Positions 15,594-28,829 of a stretch of DNA of 64,000 nucleotides are shown here, piece after piece. The position numbers were made by a program, and so were the translations under genes. This stretch comes from Takakia lepidozioides (lineage: Eukaryota; Plantae; Bryophyta): positions 32,488,001 to 32,552,000 of the forward strand of contig CM060734.1 in the NCBI GenBank assembly GCA_030704615.1, written 5' to 3'. The first letter of the stretch is position 1. Each line of letters starts with the position of its first letter. The notes under the pieces were generated by a model. It did not search any database. It was not told the origin of the DNA and saw only the letters and a program-made list of their open reading frames with translations.

Positions 15594-17050
15594 AAAACAC
15601 ACGTGGGAGCGACTGCTCACAAAAATTTTGTTTTTTATTTCGTTTTTTTCGGAGCAGGGGACGTCAGTGGGAAATCATAGTGAGAGGAGAAAATGATGTC
15701 CTCTTCCAAAGTGATATGCTTATTGTTTAGATACATGATGGTGGGTGGGATCAAGCATCATCCATCAGGTTCATACAATTTGAAAAGGAGAGAGAACCCA
15801 TTTTCATCCATAAGTTATATCTGGCTGCCGAAAGCTAAACATGCTTTGGTTAATCCGTCCATAAGTTAGAAGGGCAGTATGGCCATCTAGAAAACCCAAT
15901 AAGAAGGCACAGTGGCACACGCAGGGAAAAAACGTGGTGGAGGCACAACGCTTTCTTCGGTAAGAGTCAGCATTGGGTTTTCTGTTCTTTCTTGTCAACG
16001 CGGGGGTCTTGCACTCGTCCTGCACTGGTCCGGTTACTTCTCACACATATGTTGATCTTCTCGCCAAACTGTGATTGATAAGGTAGTTCGGTTGGGAAAT
16101 AAACATTAGTAAATTACAGAACCGATAGATCACAAACAACCAATTAGTTTTTTTTTGTACGTAGTGAATTGTCATCTATTCACAACAGTCTTTTGTCGAT
16201 CATTCATCTCCACCAACCCTGTTGTTGCAGAGTCTCCAACAAGTTCTACATGATCCCCTCACAATCTTTGCCATGAAGCTTGATAAATACATTCATTTCT
16301 CACCAAAAGAGTTTCTCAAGAATATACTCCTTAGGATATTGACTTGGTCTGATCTCAATGCTACTGATCAATATGATAATTTCCCAAAAAAATCTTCTTA
16401 CAATCTATTGTAAGTTACTAGTTCTATTAGTTGACATCTACCAACATATGCAATACAAATTGACACTAACAACATACTTTAGTTGTCATACTCGCATTGC
16501 ACATTTATGTTTGATTCTTTTCTCCACATTCCAAAAATCATAGGTATAAGTCTCGCCAAAATGTTTACATGAGATCAATAGTGCCCATGGGACATTATGG
16601 AACTATAAAACTTATGATGTTTGTTCCTTCATTTCTTTCATCAAACCATCATTGCATCTGAGATGCATCTTATAAATAAAACCACTTTACCTTACGATTG
16701 TCACTTATATAATCTACTTACATACCGTATCTAAGCAAATTATATAAGGTGGATATATATGTATCTCAATATCATCCGTTCAATTCAGCTGGAATTGATA
16801 TATTATGAGCACGAGGATGTGTAACTGCCTCCTAGGCTGCCAAAACATCGTGCGCGCATGGCCATACATGATACCTTAAACTCCCCCCACACCATAAACC
16901 AAACAACCTACTATATTTTCACATAGAGCTTAGTCTCTGTTTACCTCTTCATAAACCACAACTGAAAATCTTTCTCACACATACACGATCAAGACCTCAA
17001 TCTCATTAAAGCAATCATCGCTATCATGTCATCCTCATCTGTGCACATAC
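15594..17050 (-). mobile_element. Probable MULE remnant: a TIR-like end plus a very decayed transposase-like region
   Basis: 15594-15715 resembles the inverted repeats at 35070/35830 (gagcgac..ctcacaaa ... atagtgagagg.gaaaat..cctctt.ca.agt). The minus strand at 16400-16950 gives only weak, interrupted SWIM-like fragments. Confidence 0.3.
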
Positions 17051-17819
17051 ACCAATCCATTGCCACATAGGTATCGTAGCAATGAAGTGATAGACAAATT
17101 GGCTCGACCTTGAGCCATATAACCCATCTCATACTCGTCGAACGACCCAATCCACATAGAACACTACTTATTTGTTGTCCTCTTATACCAAAGCTAGGTT
17201 CCCAAACATAAACGGCAGATGTTGAGTCCATTGGAAGTCCATGGGGTAAAAAATAAAAAATAAATAAATAAACGATATTTTTCAGTTTATTTTTAAAAAC
17301 AAAATATTTTTTTATACCTAACATCTTTAGTAAATAGCCCCCCACATATTGAAACCATTTTTTATTAGATATTTTGATATTTAATTTGAAAAAAATAAAT
17401 GTCAAAACTTAGAGTTTACAACGACTTGTCTATATACCACCGGCCACTCTAGATTATAGGTTTGTATGTCTTTTTAGTAAAAGATTACACCCCAATAACC
17501 CAAAGCATAAGATGTTACGGACAATTTGTTTTTTAGTTTTAGAATAGTCCATAGCTCTTAATTCCTAAAATAACTAGTACTTATAAAAATGGATTTGGGT
17601 TGGTTTTAAAAATGGCACCCCTAATGTGTTTTCCTTTGTGCCATTATATCAGTATACATGATGTTTAGTCCATAAGATTTTATGTATAGCATATGCAGTC
17701 CATAGTAATCAACTTTAAAAGTCCATAGCTCTTTGGCAAATGATTGTTGAAACCCTACACCATATTAATTTAGATGAAATATTGAGTTGTTCAACAAATA
17801 TAGGTAAAATCATGGAGGG

Positions 17820-18625
17820 AGGTCACTGCAGAAATTGCATGTTACACAATTTTTGGTCCACCCACCCGTGCATTTATCCAAGAACATCCTCACCCTTAAG
17901 CTTGAAAAGACTCCTTGCAACGCCAAAGATAAGGTGATGATCTTGGGCGTTGGATTCTGTATGTAACTGCTTCCATTGATTGCATGCGTTATCAATGGAA
18001 GAATTGTCATGTATTGGCCTGGCAATGTCAATCTCACGACAAAGATAACAATATGAGCATCATTCTTGATGCTATAGCTTCACAAGACTTGTGCATATGG
18101 TGTGTTTTCTTTGGACTGCTTGGGGGCAATAATGATCTCAATTATGTGCTTGATCAATTTTCTTTAGGTGCGGATTTATTGAGGGGTAATGCATGGGATG
18201 TCACTTACACTATCAATGACAATGTGTATCCTCGGTATTATTTACTTGCAGATGGTATCTACCCGGCTTGGTCATGTTTTGTCCAAACAATCCATGAGCC
18301 TCAAGATGAGAAGAGACAACACTTTGCCATACTTCAAGAGTTTGTTCGAAAAGATGTAGAGAGGTGTTTTGGTGTTTTGCAGAGCGGATTTGTCATCGTA
18401 CAAAACTTTTGTAAACGATGGGATCTGTACACTATTACAGACATGATGATTGCATTGGTCATACTCCACAATATGGTTATTGAGGATGAGCGCGTATTTG
18501 CTATGAGGGTCAGTTTGTACTTTTGATGCTTTCACACAGGGCACTCTTCAGTTAGAGAATTTTGAGGCATATTCACAAGCTTCGAAACGATCTGATCGAA
18601 CACCAATATTGGGCTCTAAAATGAG
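17820..18625 (+). pseudogene. PIF/Harbinger DDE transposase, degenerate
   Basis: SIDCMRYQWKNC, IILDAIASQDLCIW..FFG..GNNDLN, YYLLADGIYP, QEFVRKDVERCFGVLQ, LHNMVIEDER and LRNDLIEH are present. Stops and frameshifts occur upstream and downstream. Confidence 0.9.
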
Positions 18626-19699
18626 CAAGTATGTTTTGATTTGAGTAAGATTTGATTTGAGTAAGATTTGATTTGGCATTCATTTATTCTGTTCTTTCAG
18701 TATGGGCAATACAAAGTATTGAACAATGACAAACATCTGGTAATGTGTATATCATGGCTTTGGTGAAGTTGTAAATGACAATTCGAGTACTCTTATGACA
18801 TGAAAATGTTTCAATTGAGTTTGTGAAACACTGGTATATGATGTAATCTACTTTGTTGAACCACAACATTGACATTCGATTTTATACAATGCCAAATTCA
18901 AAGTCTAAAATGAGCATTTGAAGTTCTAGAGCTTCAAATGGAATTCAAATTGTTTTAAGTACACATGTTGAAATACGTAATGTCAAATCTGGATGCTCAC
19001 ACTGTCAAATTCAAGTTTCATAATTTGTGCTAAAAAATCGCAACATTTTTTCATCAAGTGACAATTACCTTGCATTCACTACGGCCAAACAACATTCAAA
19101 TTGTATCAATTAAGTGCGTTTAAAGCCAATCTTGTGCACAAGTATGACATCTAGGTTCAATATGAAACATATAACATTGAGCAAACATTAGATACACGAG
19201 TCATGCCGCCATTTACTTGAATTACACAACCATGACTCTGTCTCACTAATAGAAAAACAGATCAGCTCAAAGTTTTCTTATTCATAGTTCACAACATTTA
19301 TCATTCAAATTGAAGCAACTTCCCTCCTCATCTGCTCTGCCGGTATCTACAATGCAATTCACGCTATATTCTAAATCCCTAGTTGTCAAGGTCGAAAGGG
19401 TGGGGGCAGGTTTTTATATAGGCATATGGTAATCCACTTCGTAATCATCTTCACTATATATCATACACAATTTTTTAGGTTGTGCTGGGAACCTCCGGCC
19501 TCATCACAATTACTTGTCTGCGTGAGATTGATTACAGGCTAGGCGCCCAACAAAAAGGGCAATTGGAAGCAAAGGTTGACGAGGTGGAGTTTAGGTGGAG
19601 TGCTAGCATAGTTTGAGCAAGCGCTTCGGGGGAGGAGGGTGTTGCAGGCACACCACCTAAAACCGCTGAAGCTGCTCTTGGCCGCAAGTCACAACTTGA

Positions 19700-20468
19700 C
19701 CTTGCCATCTATCCTACTACGGTGCACAAGACTGTCGCCGCTACTTCAATCAATCCCAATCCTCATCGATATTATCTGGCATTGACAAGTGAATGTACGC
19801 GTGCGCGGATGAAGAGATCCCTCATTCGCTTTGTCTTTTGTGATCTTCTTTTGCTAAGCGGCATCCTTGCGGGTGCTTCACAAACTTCGGCTCTCCGCTT
19901 GAAGTCTTCGTTCAACATTTGCACATCATATTCCTTAATCATTTCCCCGCTTAAGCACGCTTGCGCTTCATCGAGGAAGGTTTCTCACATCGTCATTCCT
20001 CAAATCAGCCCACCTCAGCACATGCCTCAAAATCTGCCAACAATGCCTCAAAATGAATGTTGTTTCTTTGGATGCTTGTCTTGATAGAGCGGCCGCAATG
20101 TTGTTTTGCTCGCTGCAACCGCTCTCTTTGAGGGAAATCACCGCCCTGTACACACCAATGCAATTCAAAACGTCATGCATAATTACATACCACTTGCTCT
20201 CCAAGCTTTTATATGGTCTCTCCGGCAACCCATGAGTTCGTTTCTGATGGAAATGACCAGTCATCTTTTTCCACAATGCCGCGGATTTTTTATCCAAACT
20301 TCCTATACAATGATCTTGTGACATAGCAAGAAATGAAATGCACAGTTGATGATCCTCCTCGTGAGTGAAATTTCTCCCCTTTCGAGGCTTGGTAGGAGGG
20401 GACATGGTTGCTGTCAAGCTATTGGTGGGAAGCACCGACGCGTTCTCCGACATGGGCATACAGGTCAT
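19700..20468 (-). pseudogene. Harbinger Myb/SANT-like (NAM-associated) DNA-binding ORF, degenerate, convergent with the transposase
   Basis: KGRNFTHEEDHQLCISFLAMSQD..G...W....F...RPYKSLESKW...F.LRHCWQILRHVLRW is the typical second ORF of PIF/Harbinger. The reading frame breaks near 19968. Confidence 0.85.
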
Positions 20469-21329
20469 GTTGACTTGGTTTCACGGACAAGTTCAGATCT
20501 TTATATCCTACGCTCTAGTCTAGGGCTCTTAATGATATATTACAGTGCCCGCCTTTTATGGGATATAGCGTTCAGGGGCAAGGGTGTGGACGTTTTCCCA
20601 CCCACTTCGAATATGTATACCGCCCAATTACGTTGGCGGACTGGGTTTAGGTGGACCCGCACGCTCGCGCTTTGCACACTAATCGTGAGCAAAATCCTTA
20701 AGCATAAGCAGAATTCCTTAAGCGTGAGTAGATTAGGGAAGCAGAGCCTACAGCCGAGGTAATACAGGGCCTATTGTCGTGGACGCAAACTGTTCTGCAT
20801 GCAAATTCACGTAGGCGGCCAAGGACCATTCCATGTCGTGCTCCATGCATGCAATGTGGGATGAATATGTCATCAAAAATGGACGGATGAAAGAGGCATG
20901 GATGAATGAAAGAAGGTGATGGATGGATGATGGATGAATATGGGATGAATGTGAGTCCAGAAGAGTGGAGGATGCATGGACTGAAATAAAATTGATTGTA
21001 CGGCAAACACGGCATTGACGACAAATTATATACTCGGGGAAATACGGGGAAACCGTAACTACAAACACTCATCCCGAAACCAAAATTTCAAACCCCCATG
21101 GAAAACCATAAACTGAAAACCCATGTCCGCAATGATAAACCCCAAACCCCAAACCTCAAACCCCAAAGCAGAAACGGAAGCTAGAAACCCAGAACGGTAA
21201 CCCTAATTCAAACGGCATGGGAATCCAACCCAAAAACCAATTAAAATATTTAAGATTAAAACAAAATCTAAGCGAACAACCATGTTCAACCATTGAAACA
21301 GGCTGGGCATTAAGGTGGTATCATCCGTA

Positions 21330-21804
21330 GCCCTCACAAGGATGACAATTCCACCCAAAAATCAAAAATCAAAATAAAAATGAAATAAAAGCCTTGGTGA
21401 GGAGCCATATTCGTAGAGGGAAACAGACTCGGTATGCCCCCCCCCCCCACAATGTGCCAAATTAAGCTCGTAATTCCCAGCCCTGTTAGAGCTTAATTCT
21501 AGCCAGACCAACCAGATTAAGGTGGTTGGTGAATTGTCATGTCCAATAGGGCTGGGAATTACGACACCTTAATAGCAATTTTTTTTTTTTTGAAAAAAAA
21601 AAAAAATTCCCCCCCCCCCTAAGAAGCCCTTTGACGACACTGATTCCCCCCCCCCCCCCATGTGCCAGATTTCCCCAGCCCCTGTTAGAGCTTAATTCCA
21701 GCCCATAAGACCAACCAGATTAAGGTGGCAGGTGAATTGTGATGTTCCATCAGGGGCTGGGAATTAAGATATCGTTGTTGACGACACCTTAATCTGGCAC
21801 ATTC
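21330..21804. repeat. Fold-back (MITE-like) repeat family, two ~120-145-bp self-complementary units with homopolymer spacers
   Basis: Units at 21451-21573 and 21660-21804 read aatgtgcca.att...cccagcccctgttagagc...ggggctgggaatt...acgacaccttaatctggcacattc. The flank 21340-21435 is homologous to 33323-33416. Confidence 0.8.
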
Positions 21805-23184
21805 TTTTTCCATCCCCTAGGCGACATGTGCCCAATCTGGGGCCCGCAATCTGGCGCGGGATTTGTTGGCCCCCTAGCTTTATGGCCAATACTTAATGGG
21901 GTTTTAAAACCCTGCACAATGCACACCCTTTGTGCAAGTCGCCGACCCAAGCTGGACTCAGGCGAATATTCGCCAGATTTAAAAACACTTACCCCTAAAT
22001 TGGGCCCAAAAAGTCGAGGCAGAGAAGGGCCCTTTTCACACGGCCACGCTGACTGTGTTCCCCCTCTTCACAACTATATATCACGGCAGCATTGCTTTAC
22101 GTGCGGTGGGGATACAGTAGCCGATAGGTATTGAAAATCCACAGGGGGTCTTCCGACGAAGTTACTTTCAGTGTCATTTATAGCCAAACTTGGTTTGACC
22201 GGGTGTGTGCTCGTTGTCGGTAGCTAAACATGGTTCACTCGCAAGATACCTCGGAAGCATCGTCAGCACCGAAGCCCTTCCTGTGGGGGTCCTGTGGTAA
22301 CCTCCCGGGAATGCTTTCATTTCGTGGGCTGAGTGCCTACAGTGGACTTCCTTTCGCAGATTCCAGAGGTGAATCTCATGTCATGAGCTGGAGGTCACCA
22401 ACTTCAGGAGGTTGATAGGTCGCGGAGAAGTAGACTGTACAACGTAATCAGTCCTCGGGAAGTGATACGGCAACTGCTCCATGTGCAAGCAACAGATAGT
22501 TGCATGCAACATCCAATTCAGAGATTAATAACTTGGCTATGCTCTATTTTCATCGTCTTTGTTATTATGTGTAGATTTCTCCTGCTCGATGGTGGCCATA
22601 CTCAATCTGTGTCTTCATCAACTCTGGTCGAAGACTTCTCCTACCCTCGTGGGTTCACACTCTTAGTTGGAAACGTAAATTTCTTATTTGCAACTTGAAG
22701 ACCATTCCATTCTTGTCTTTCGTTCATGTATCCTTGGCTAGAAGTGGTGGAGTATCCGTCTCCTACTGTCTGCATGAGCCTTCTCTACGCAACTATGATA
22801 ATTTAGAAGTTGTTTTCACTGACGTGGTCTTTGATAGTAAAGTTTAAGAGGCTTACGGCCATGGTGGTCAGCGGACCAGCTTAACCTCATGAGATCAACT
22901 TTCCAGCTCTAAATCTGGTGAAGGAAATGGTACATATATTCTCAATAAATGGATGTTCTTCACAAGTGATTGGTACAGTCGACTTTTGAGATCATGGAAG
23001 GTTCATGTACATGAGGCAGAGGAAATGACATTCCAGGATACAGTGGTAGTAGCAGTAGAGTTGAATCACCAAGACATATCCCGTACAGCGCCATGTTAAT
23101 TGCAGTATGACACTGTTGGCAACAACGAGGACAATGGATTCAGAGTGCCCAACAGTGGGCATATTCAGAATAAGTGCAAAATCC

Positions 23185-26084
23185 ATGAATCGTCATTCTC
23201 AGTTCCAATTGGTGCTCTTTTTAACGCTGTGCATGATCGGCTGCACAACATGTCAGTTGTCACCCGCGAGCAACATGACGTTGAACTCCAAACTGCTTGC
23301 AAACATGAATCAAGCTTTGTTGTCACCTGGTGGAGTTTTTGAGATGGGATTTTGGATGCAACCGAATGTGATGTCCCCAGTTTTCACGCTCGCTATATGG
23401 TATGCCCAGAAATCTCCTCAGAATACAGTGGTGTGGATGGCAGACAGATCCATGAACTTGAGCAGTACCGCCACCCTGTGGTTGACTGCTAGAGGAGACC
23501 TTGAGGTGTACTACGATGGCAACTTGTCTGCGCAACCTCTCTGGACTTCACACACAACAGTTGTAAGTCAAAATGCATGTATGTGATCGAAGTAAGTACT
23601 GAGTTGATGCTGACACATATTAAATTATACATGGTCAGGTTGTCTAATAACGTACAATGTCAGAGTGCTACACAAATGAGTCTTGCTCAAGATAGTTTGT
23701 TGAGGCGAGAAATCGTATCCAAGTCCGGACATGATAATTGTAAATTGATATTGTCCAAATATACGGGGAGAGTATATGATTACCCTAGATTGGTCACGCT
23801 CTCATAAGAATTATATATGTCAAGCTGTTGTCGGTAAATATACATGCTAGATCGTCTAGTTTTTCCGAGGGTAAATAATGCACTGATCATGATGACAAAA
23901 CTGTGCACTTTGCAGTCGAACGTGAGCACGGCCGCCATGCTTGATACGGGAAACTTTGTCCTTCTCAACCGACTCAACCAGATCGTGTGGCAAAGCTTCG
24001 ACTACCCCACTGACACTCTCTTGCCGGGCCAGCAATATTTTGCAAATATGACAATGTTCGCATGGCAGAAACGTGATAGCTGGACACAAACTAGGTTCTC
24101 ACTTACTTGGTCCAACGGCAGCCTCGAGGCTTACTGGACGTCTCCGCTTACCTGGTATAACCCATATCTTATCCCTTGCTGGACTACCTCTACGACAGGC
24201 TCCTCATATGTCGTTTTGACTACAGAGGGTCAGTTTCTCGCAAACAACTTGTTAAGAAATAGCTCGAGTGTGATTGGAAGTAGCGATGACACAGGTTTGA
24301 CAGGTCGTTTGCGCCGAGCAACGTTTGACTCCGATGGAATTTTACGCATCTATAGTTGGGTTACAAACGGGATCTCGAAAGAATGGAGTGTAGAATGGCA
24401 AGTTCTTTCAAACATCTGTTCGTCGTACGCTGTTTGTGGTCCCTTTGGAATTTGCCGCTCTAATCAATGCTTCTGTCCCGAGGGATTTCAGTATGTCGAT
24501 GCTAATGATCCATCTCAAGGGTGCTCACGGACGACGGCCATTACCACGCTCTGCAACGTCGATAATATTACCGTCGACAACAATCTGCAAATGATTGGGA
24601 TAGATAAAACCGACTTTACTTATGCAGATTACTCTTCGCAGCCTATAGAGAATATAACTTTGAGTTCTTGCGCTCAAATTTGCCTGGACTTATGTTCTTG
24701 TGTAGCTTCGGTAGCTGCATTACAAAATGACGGGTATTACCAGTGTTGGCTCAAGCTGACTGATGTTGTCTTCGACGGTCATGAACAAAACTCCCCCCCC
24801 CACACAACCTTCTTCAAAGTGGCCAAAAAGGCCGTCCAGACCCAGACCCGTGGGGGCCTCTCTCTTGCACTGAAACTACTGATATCACTCATCTTACCAG
24901 GCACAGCGCTTCTCTTCCTCAACGTGACGTTGTGGACTTTAGGGTGTTTTTCCATGGTTCAAAAACTAAGAAGCCTTCGATTCAAAAGGCTAGAGAAGAA
25001 ATGGATTGCGTCAAGAGGCATGACTGTAAATTTCACGTATAATGAGATTCGACTGGTCACCCGAGACTTTGCGCAGGAGATTGGGAAAGGGGGCTATGGA
25101 TCTGTGTTCAAGGGGAAAATCGGAAAGCTGGCCGTCGTGGCCGTGAAAAGACTGGAGAAGTTGGGTGCCGGAGAGAAAGGATTTGTGAACGAGGTCGACA
25201 CGATTGGACGCATTCATCACGTCAACTTGGTGCAACTCCACGGCTACTGCGCGAGAGCTGATCACAAGTTGTTGGTGTACGAGTACGTGAAAAACAGCTC
25301 TCTCGACAAAATCCTCTTCAGTAGGGATCGAAAGTCAGATGTGCCTATCCTGGAGTGGAGATCCCGCTTCAAGATTGCCATCCAAACAGCGCGGGGCCTG
25401 GCGTATCTGCACGAGGAAGTGCGAGACCAGCGCATCATCCACTGCGATATCAAGCCGGAGAACATTCTGCTCGACTCCATGATGTCTGCCAAAGTGGCAG
25501 ACTTTGGGCTTTCGCGGATCCTGAATCGGGAGCAGACGCGCACAATGACGATGCACATTCGTGGCACCTCCGGCTACTTGGCTCCAGAGTGGACCTCCGA
25601 CCACACACCCATCACCGCCAAAATTGACGTCTACAGCTACGGCATGGTGCTGCTCGAGATTGTCAGCGGCCGGCGCAACCTAAAAATCTCTTGGATAGAC
25701 GAGGATGAGATCGAGATGCAGCCCGACTGGTACTACCCTTTGTGGGCTTTTGCCAAGATTGAAACTGGATCATTCCTCGAGGTTGTCGATCCGTTGCTGG
25801 GCAGAATTGTGGACGCCAAGGAGGTCGAAAGGGCGTTGCTAGTGGCCTTTTGGTGCATCAATGACAACCCTGAGCAAAGGCCTACGATGGCGATGGTTGT
25901 GAATATGCTGGAAGGCCACATCGCCATCGGGTATCCAGTGCCGCGACCCAAATTTTTTGATGACATGCTCCCTACAAGTACTGACCCTAACTCTCACAGG
26001 ACGATGACACCCAATGGCAGGTTCGAGTCCACAACTCCTATGTCAGAATCAGTACTTTCCAGCGCAGGATTGGATCCGGACTAG
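23185..26084 (+). CDS. G-type lectin S-receptor-like kinase (SD-2 type, non-RD), about 848 aa, 2 exons
   Basis: Domains in order: signal peptide (MNRHSQFQLVLFLTLCMIGC), B-lectin (LLSPGGVFEMGFW, VVWMADR, MLDTGNFVL, WQSFDYPTDTLLPGQ), S-locus/EGF (CSSYAVCGPFGIC..CFCPEGF), PAN (CAQICLDLCSC), TM helix, kinase (IGKGGYGSVF, VAVKRL, HCDIKPEN, DFGLS, RGTSGYLAPEW). Exons are 23185-23562 and 23916-26084 (GT-AG, phase 0). In-frame upstream ATGs exist, e.g. 23107. Confidence 0.95.
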
Positions 26085-26974
26085 ATTCTGCCCTGGCCGG
26101 CATCCAACGCAAGAATCAAAAGTTGGAATCCACCATTGCATCCCGAAGATGATATTTGAGCACTGGTGGAATCAACAAAGGTTGACTCCCTGCAATCTTG
26201 CACATATGGCAAAATAAATCACAGAAAATATTCCCAAACCGCACGGGAGAGAGGGAACGGAATCCACTCCCTGATCAAGTCAGGCATATGTGCAATGACT
26301 TTCACCTCCAAATATGCGGGCCCATGTGATGGGGCCTCCAGCGTATGTAATTTGGATGGGGTGAACGAGCAAGTGGCAGCTTGAGACTTTCACAGGTTCA
26401 AATGATACACATTTGATCACTTCAATTGCAAGTATAGATCTGTGTACAGATCAGTAAGGTAATGTTGTATCACCGAGAGTGAATTGATTCGAAAGAAAAA
26501 ATGTAAATTTATGATCAGCTAGCTGCCTGGGCAAAGCGTAGTCCAAACCAAAAGATGCTCAACTCTATTTCACTTCACTCAAGTTTATGGACTAGTTAAA
26601 GTGTAACATCTTTCAAAGCTTATGAGAAATTGTAATGACTGAAATAAGTAACAATTTAAAGTTCGTAGTAAATAATACATGATTAACTTGAAATTTTTCC
26701 TATCAAAGGTTTGTACCAATGACCATTGATCGGGTAGTGGGAAAGTGGAAAGGTGCGGAAGTGGGATGTAGTTACGAACCCATGTGCACTTCAAAACCCT
26801 AAAATTCCTCACAACACATCATCTGCTCAATCGAAAAAGTGCAGCAGATGGCCGGCTTCTGGGGCCTCACAACGGCACAAATTACACGAAAATTGGAGAA
26901 AATCTGAAAAAAATATTAAACTCCAAAAATTGCAAAAGCCCCTAATGGGCTCGATGGGCATTTAAGGGGTAAAC

Positions 26975-28180
26975 ACACGCTATTGTCTTGCCGGCTGGAA
27001 AAAATTCACATGAGTTGTTGCCTGGATACCATTGTCCCCCACATAAAGGTCCATGTGGAATATTTCCCCCTTGCATAGGTGCTACAGGTGTGCCAACTTG
27101 ATTCGCAAAAATGCACATGGAGGCCTTATGACCCCAGGTCCCACAAATCAAGCAATTTCCCTGGAAACTCTGAGAAAAGTTTGGATTTAGACGTCCTTGA
27201 CATCTAGAGTAAAATTCTTGTCGTCTCCGGGAAGGGAATGAAAGTTTTTCTCTTTTTCCTTTTCTCTTTCTGCTGGGTCCTTTACAAGCTTTCTAGATTT
27301 TCGAAGCTTGGCGCGCTCATCATCCAAATTGTCTAGGGTACTACCTTCCTATTCAAAAAATGCTGCAACCTTGTAACCCTCTTGGTCACGGATACGAACT
27401 AGTAGTTTATGATTGGTAAGTAATTTCTTGCCTTCATCAATGATGCTGGTAAGTTCCTCGTTGGTTGATCCTTGGGCAGAGAGCTTTTCTAGAACGGCAT
27501 CAAGATTGCCTTCTGCGTCGTGAAGGACCTCAAGAGTTTTCTTGTTGCTTTCGTGTTGGAGAGGTCGTCCACGTGCACAACGATTCTTCTGCTCCATTTC
27601 TCTTTCCATATGTTGCTATGCAAGCTTGCATTTGCCTAATCCCGAGTTTTGGACCATATTAGATAAGGCCTTGAAGTGGGCAGTAGCCCATGCAGGTGCC
27701 CCAACATCTTGTGTATTGGGCCTAGCACATAGTGCTGAATCAACAGGGTGTGAAGGATGGCCATTGTCGTCTGAAACCTCTTCGTCTAAGTGCATGTGAT
27801 GGCTGCCTGCAGTGGGAGGTCCAGTGCGGTCGTGGGATTGGGCCTCCAAAGATTTGCTCCGGTTTGACGTCTTGTGAGCGAGCCATGTGACATGATTAAG
27901 CTCAGAAAGCAATCCACACTGAAGATGGGCGTCCTTCATCGTGTGCAGGGCCTTTGTTGCAGGACTCCCTTGCCTTCGATGGGGGGCAAGACTCCTCTAA
28001 GGTGGGGGCCCACACAAGCTCTTCATGTATTAGGCAACGGAGTGTGAGAGTAAGGCAAGTAGCTCTTGGAGGCACTAAAGAATATAATCCGTGTTTGTGG
28101 TTCCTTCGGGTGGCTTTCGTTATGGTGTGCCTACTGGTGGCTGTTTCTGATCTGTGCTGGTGCATTGTCAAGCTCTAGCA
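26975..28180 (-). pseudogene. Gag-like ORF of a tyrosine-recombinase retroelement with a CCHC zinc knuckle, degenerate
   Basis: The minus strand reads IIDEGKKLLTNHKLLVRIRDQEGYKVAAFFE, resembling the DIRS-type gag helix, followed by CLICGTWGHKASMC (exact CX2CX4HX4C) at 27154-27113. Stops and frameshifts are present. Confidence 0.65.
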
Positions 28181-28829
28181 GTCTCGCTTGTTGAGCTCCG
28201 GTTGCCTGGCGGCCTCGATCGTTCGCACGGTTGGAACACTTGACCAAGTGTCCTGTTGGGTGGGGTATGCCAGTTGAGTCATGTTTAGTTGGTCAAATCC
28301 CCTCATTTTTGCCGTGGTGTAGGATGCAGTGGGAGCAAATTCAGCTCAGATGGATTTCATCCGGTCACTCAATGTCCAAAATTGGCCAGAGGCCAAATAA
28401 TGTTCTTACTAAGGGGGGCCAAGAATGGGCCCCACACTCAACAGTGGCAAATTTGCAAATCTGGATGGATTGGCTCCAAATTTGTGCAAGAGTAGGTGAG
28501 TTGCGAATGCCGAAGGTACGGGGCAAACTTTGGATTTGCCTTTCTTTCGATGTCTCCAGGGAGATATCTGAATTTTTTGTGGGGTGTGTGTGTCCTTTTT
28601 TTGTTACAAAAAAAGCAACGGGGGGTGTGGGCGGTAGGGGGTATGGTTAACGACTATCTATATAGTTCTAGGTCTATGGAATTGTGCCCGCATCGCGGAC
28701 TGGGAGGAATTTTAGTTAAATACAAAAAAAAAATTCTAAACAGCCAGATTTTATATTCCTCATGTCGCAATCTATATACTGCAGATCTAACCTCATTTAA
28801 GTCTGAATTTGATTCTAGCTCTTCAGCTC

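Noticed and set aside
15790-21100. Defined termini for the Harbinger element
   Set aside because: CATCC/GGATG-rich tracts suggest subterminal regions, but I could not find matching TIRs with a TAA/TTA TSD.
21110-21210. Interstitial telomere (aaaccc repeats)
   Set aside because: These are irregular aaacccc/aaacctc units rather than tandem CCCTAAA; more likely TE subterminal sequence.
21989-26972. piggyBac-like ends (ttacccctaaatt.. / ..atttaaggggtaa) capturing the receptor kinase
   Set aside because: Only ~8 bp match without gaps and neither side has a clean TTAA; too weak to call.
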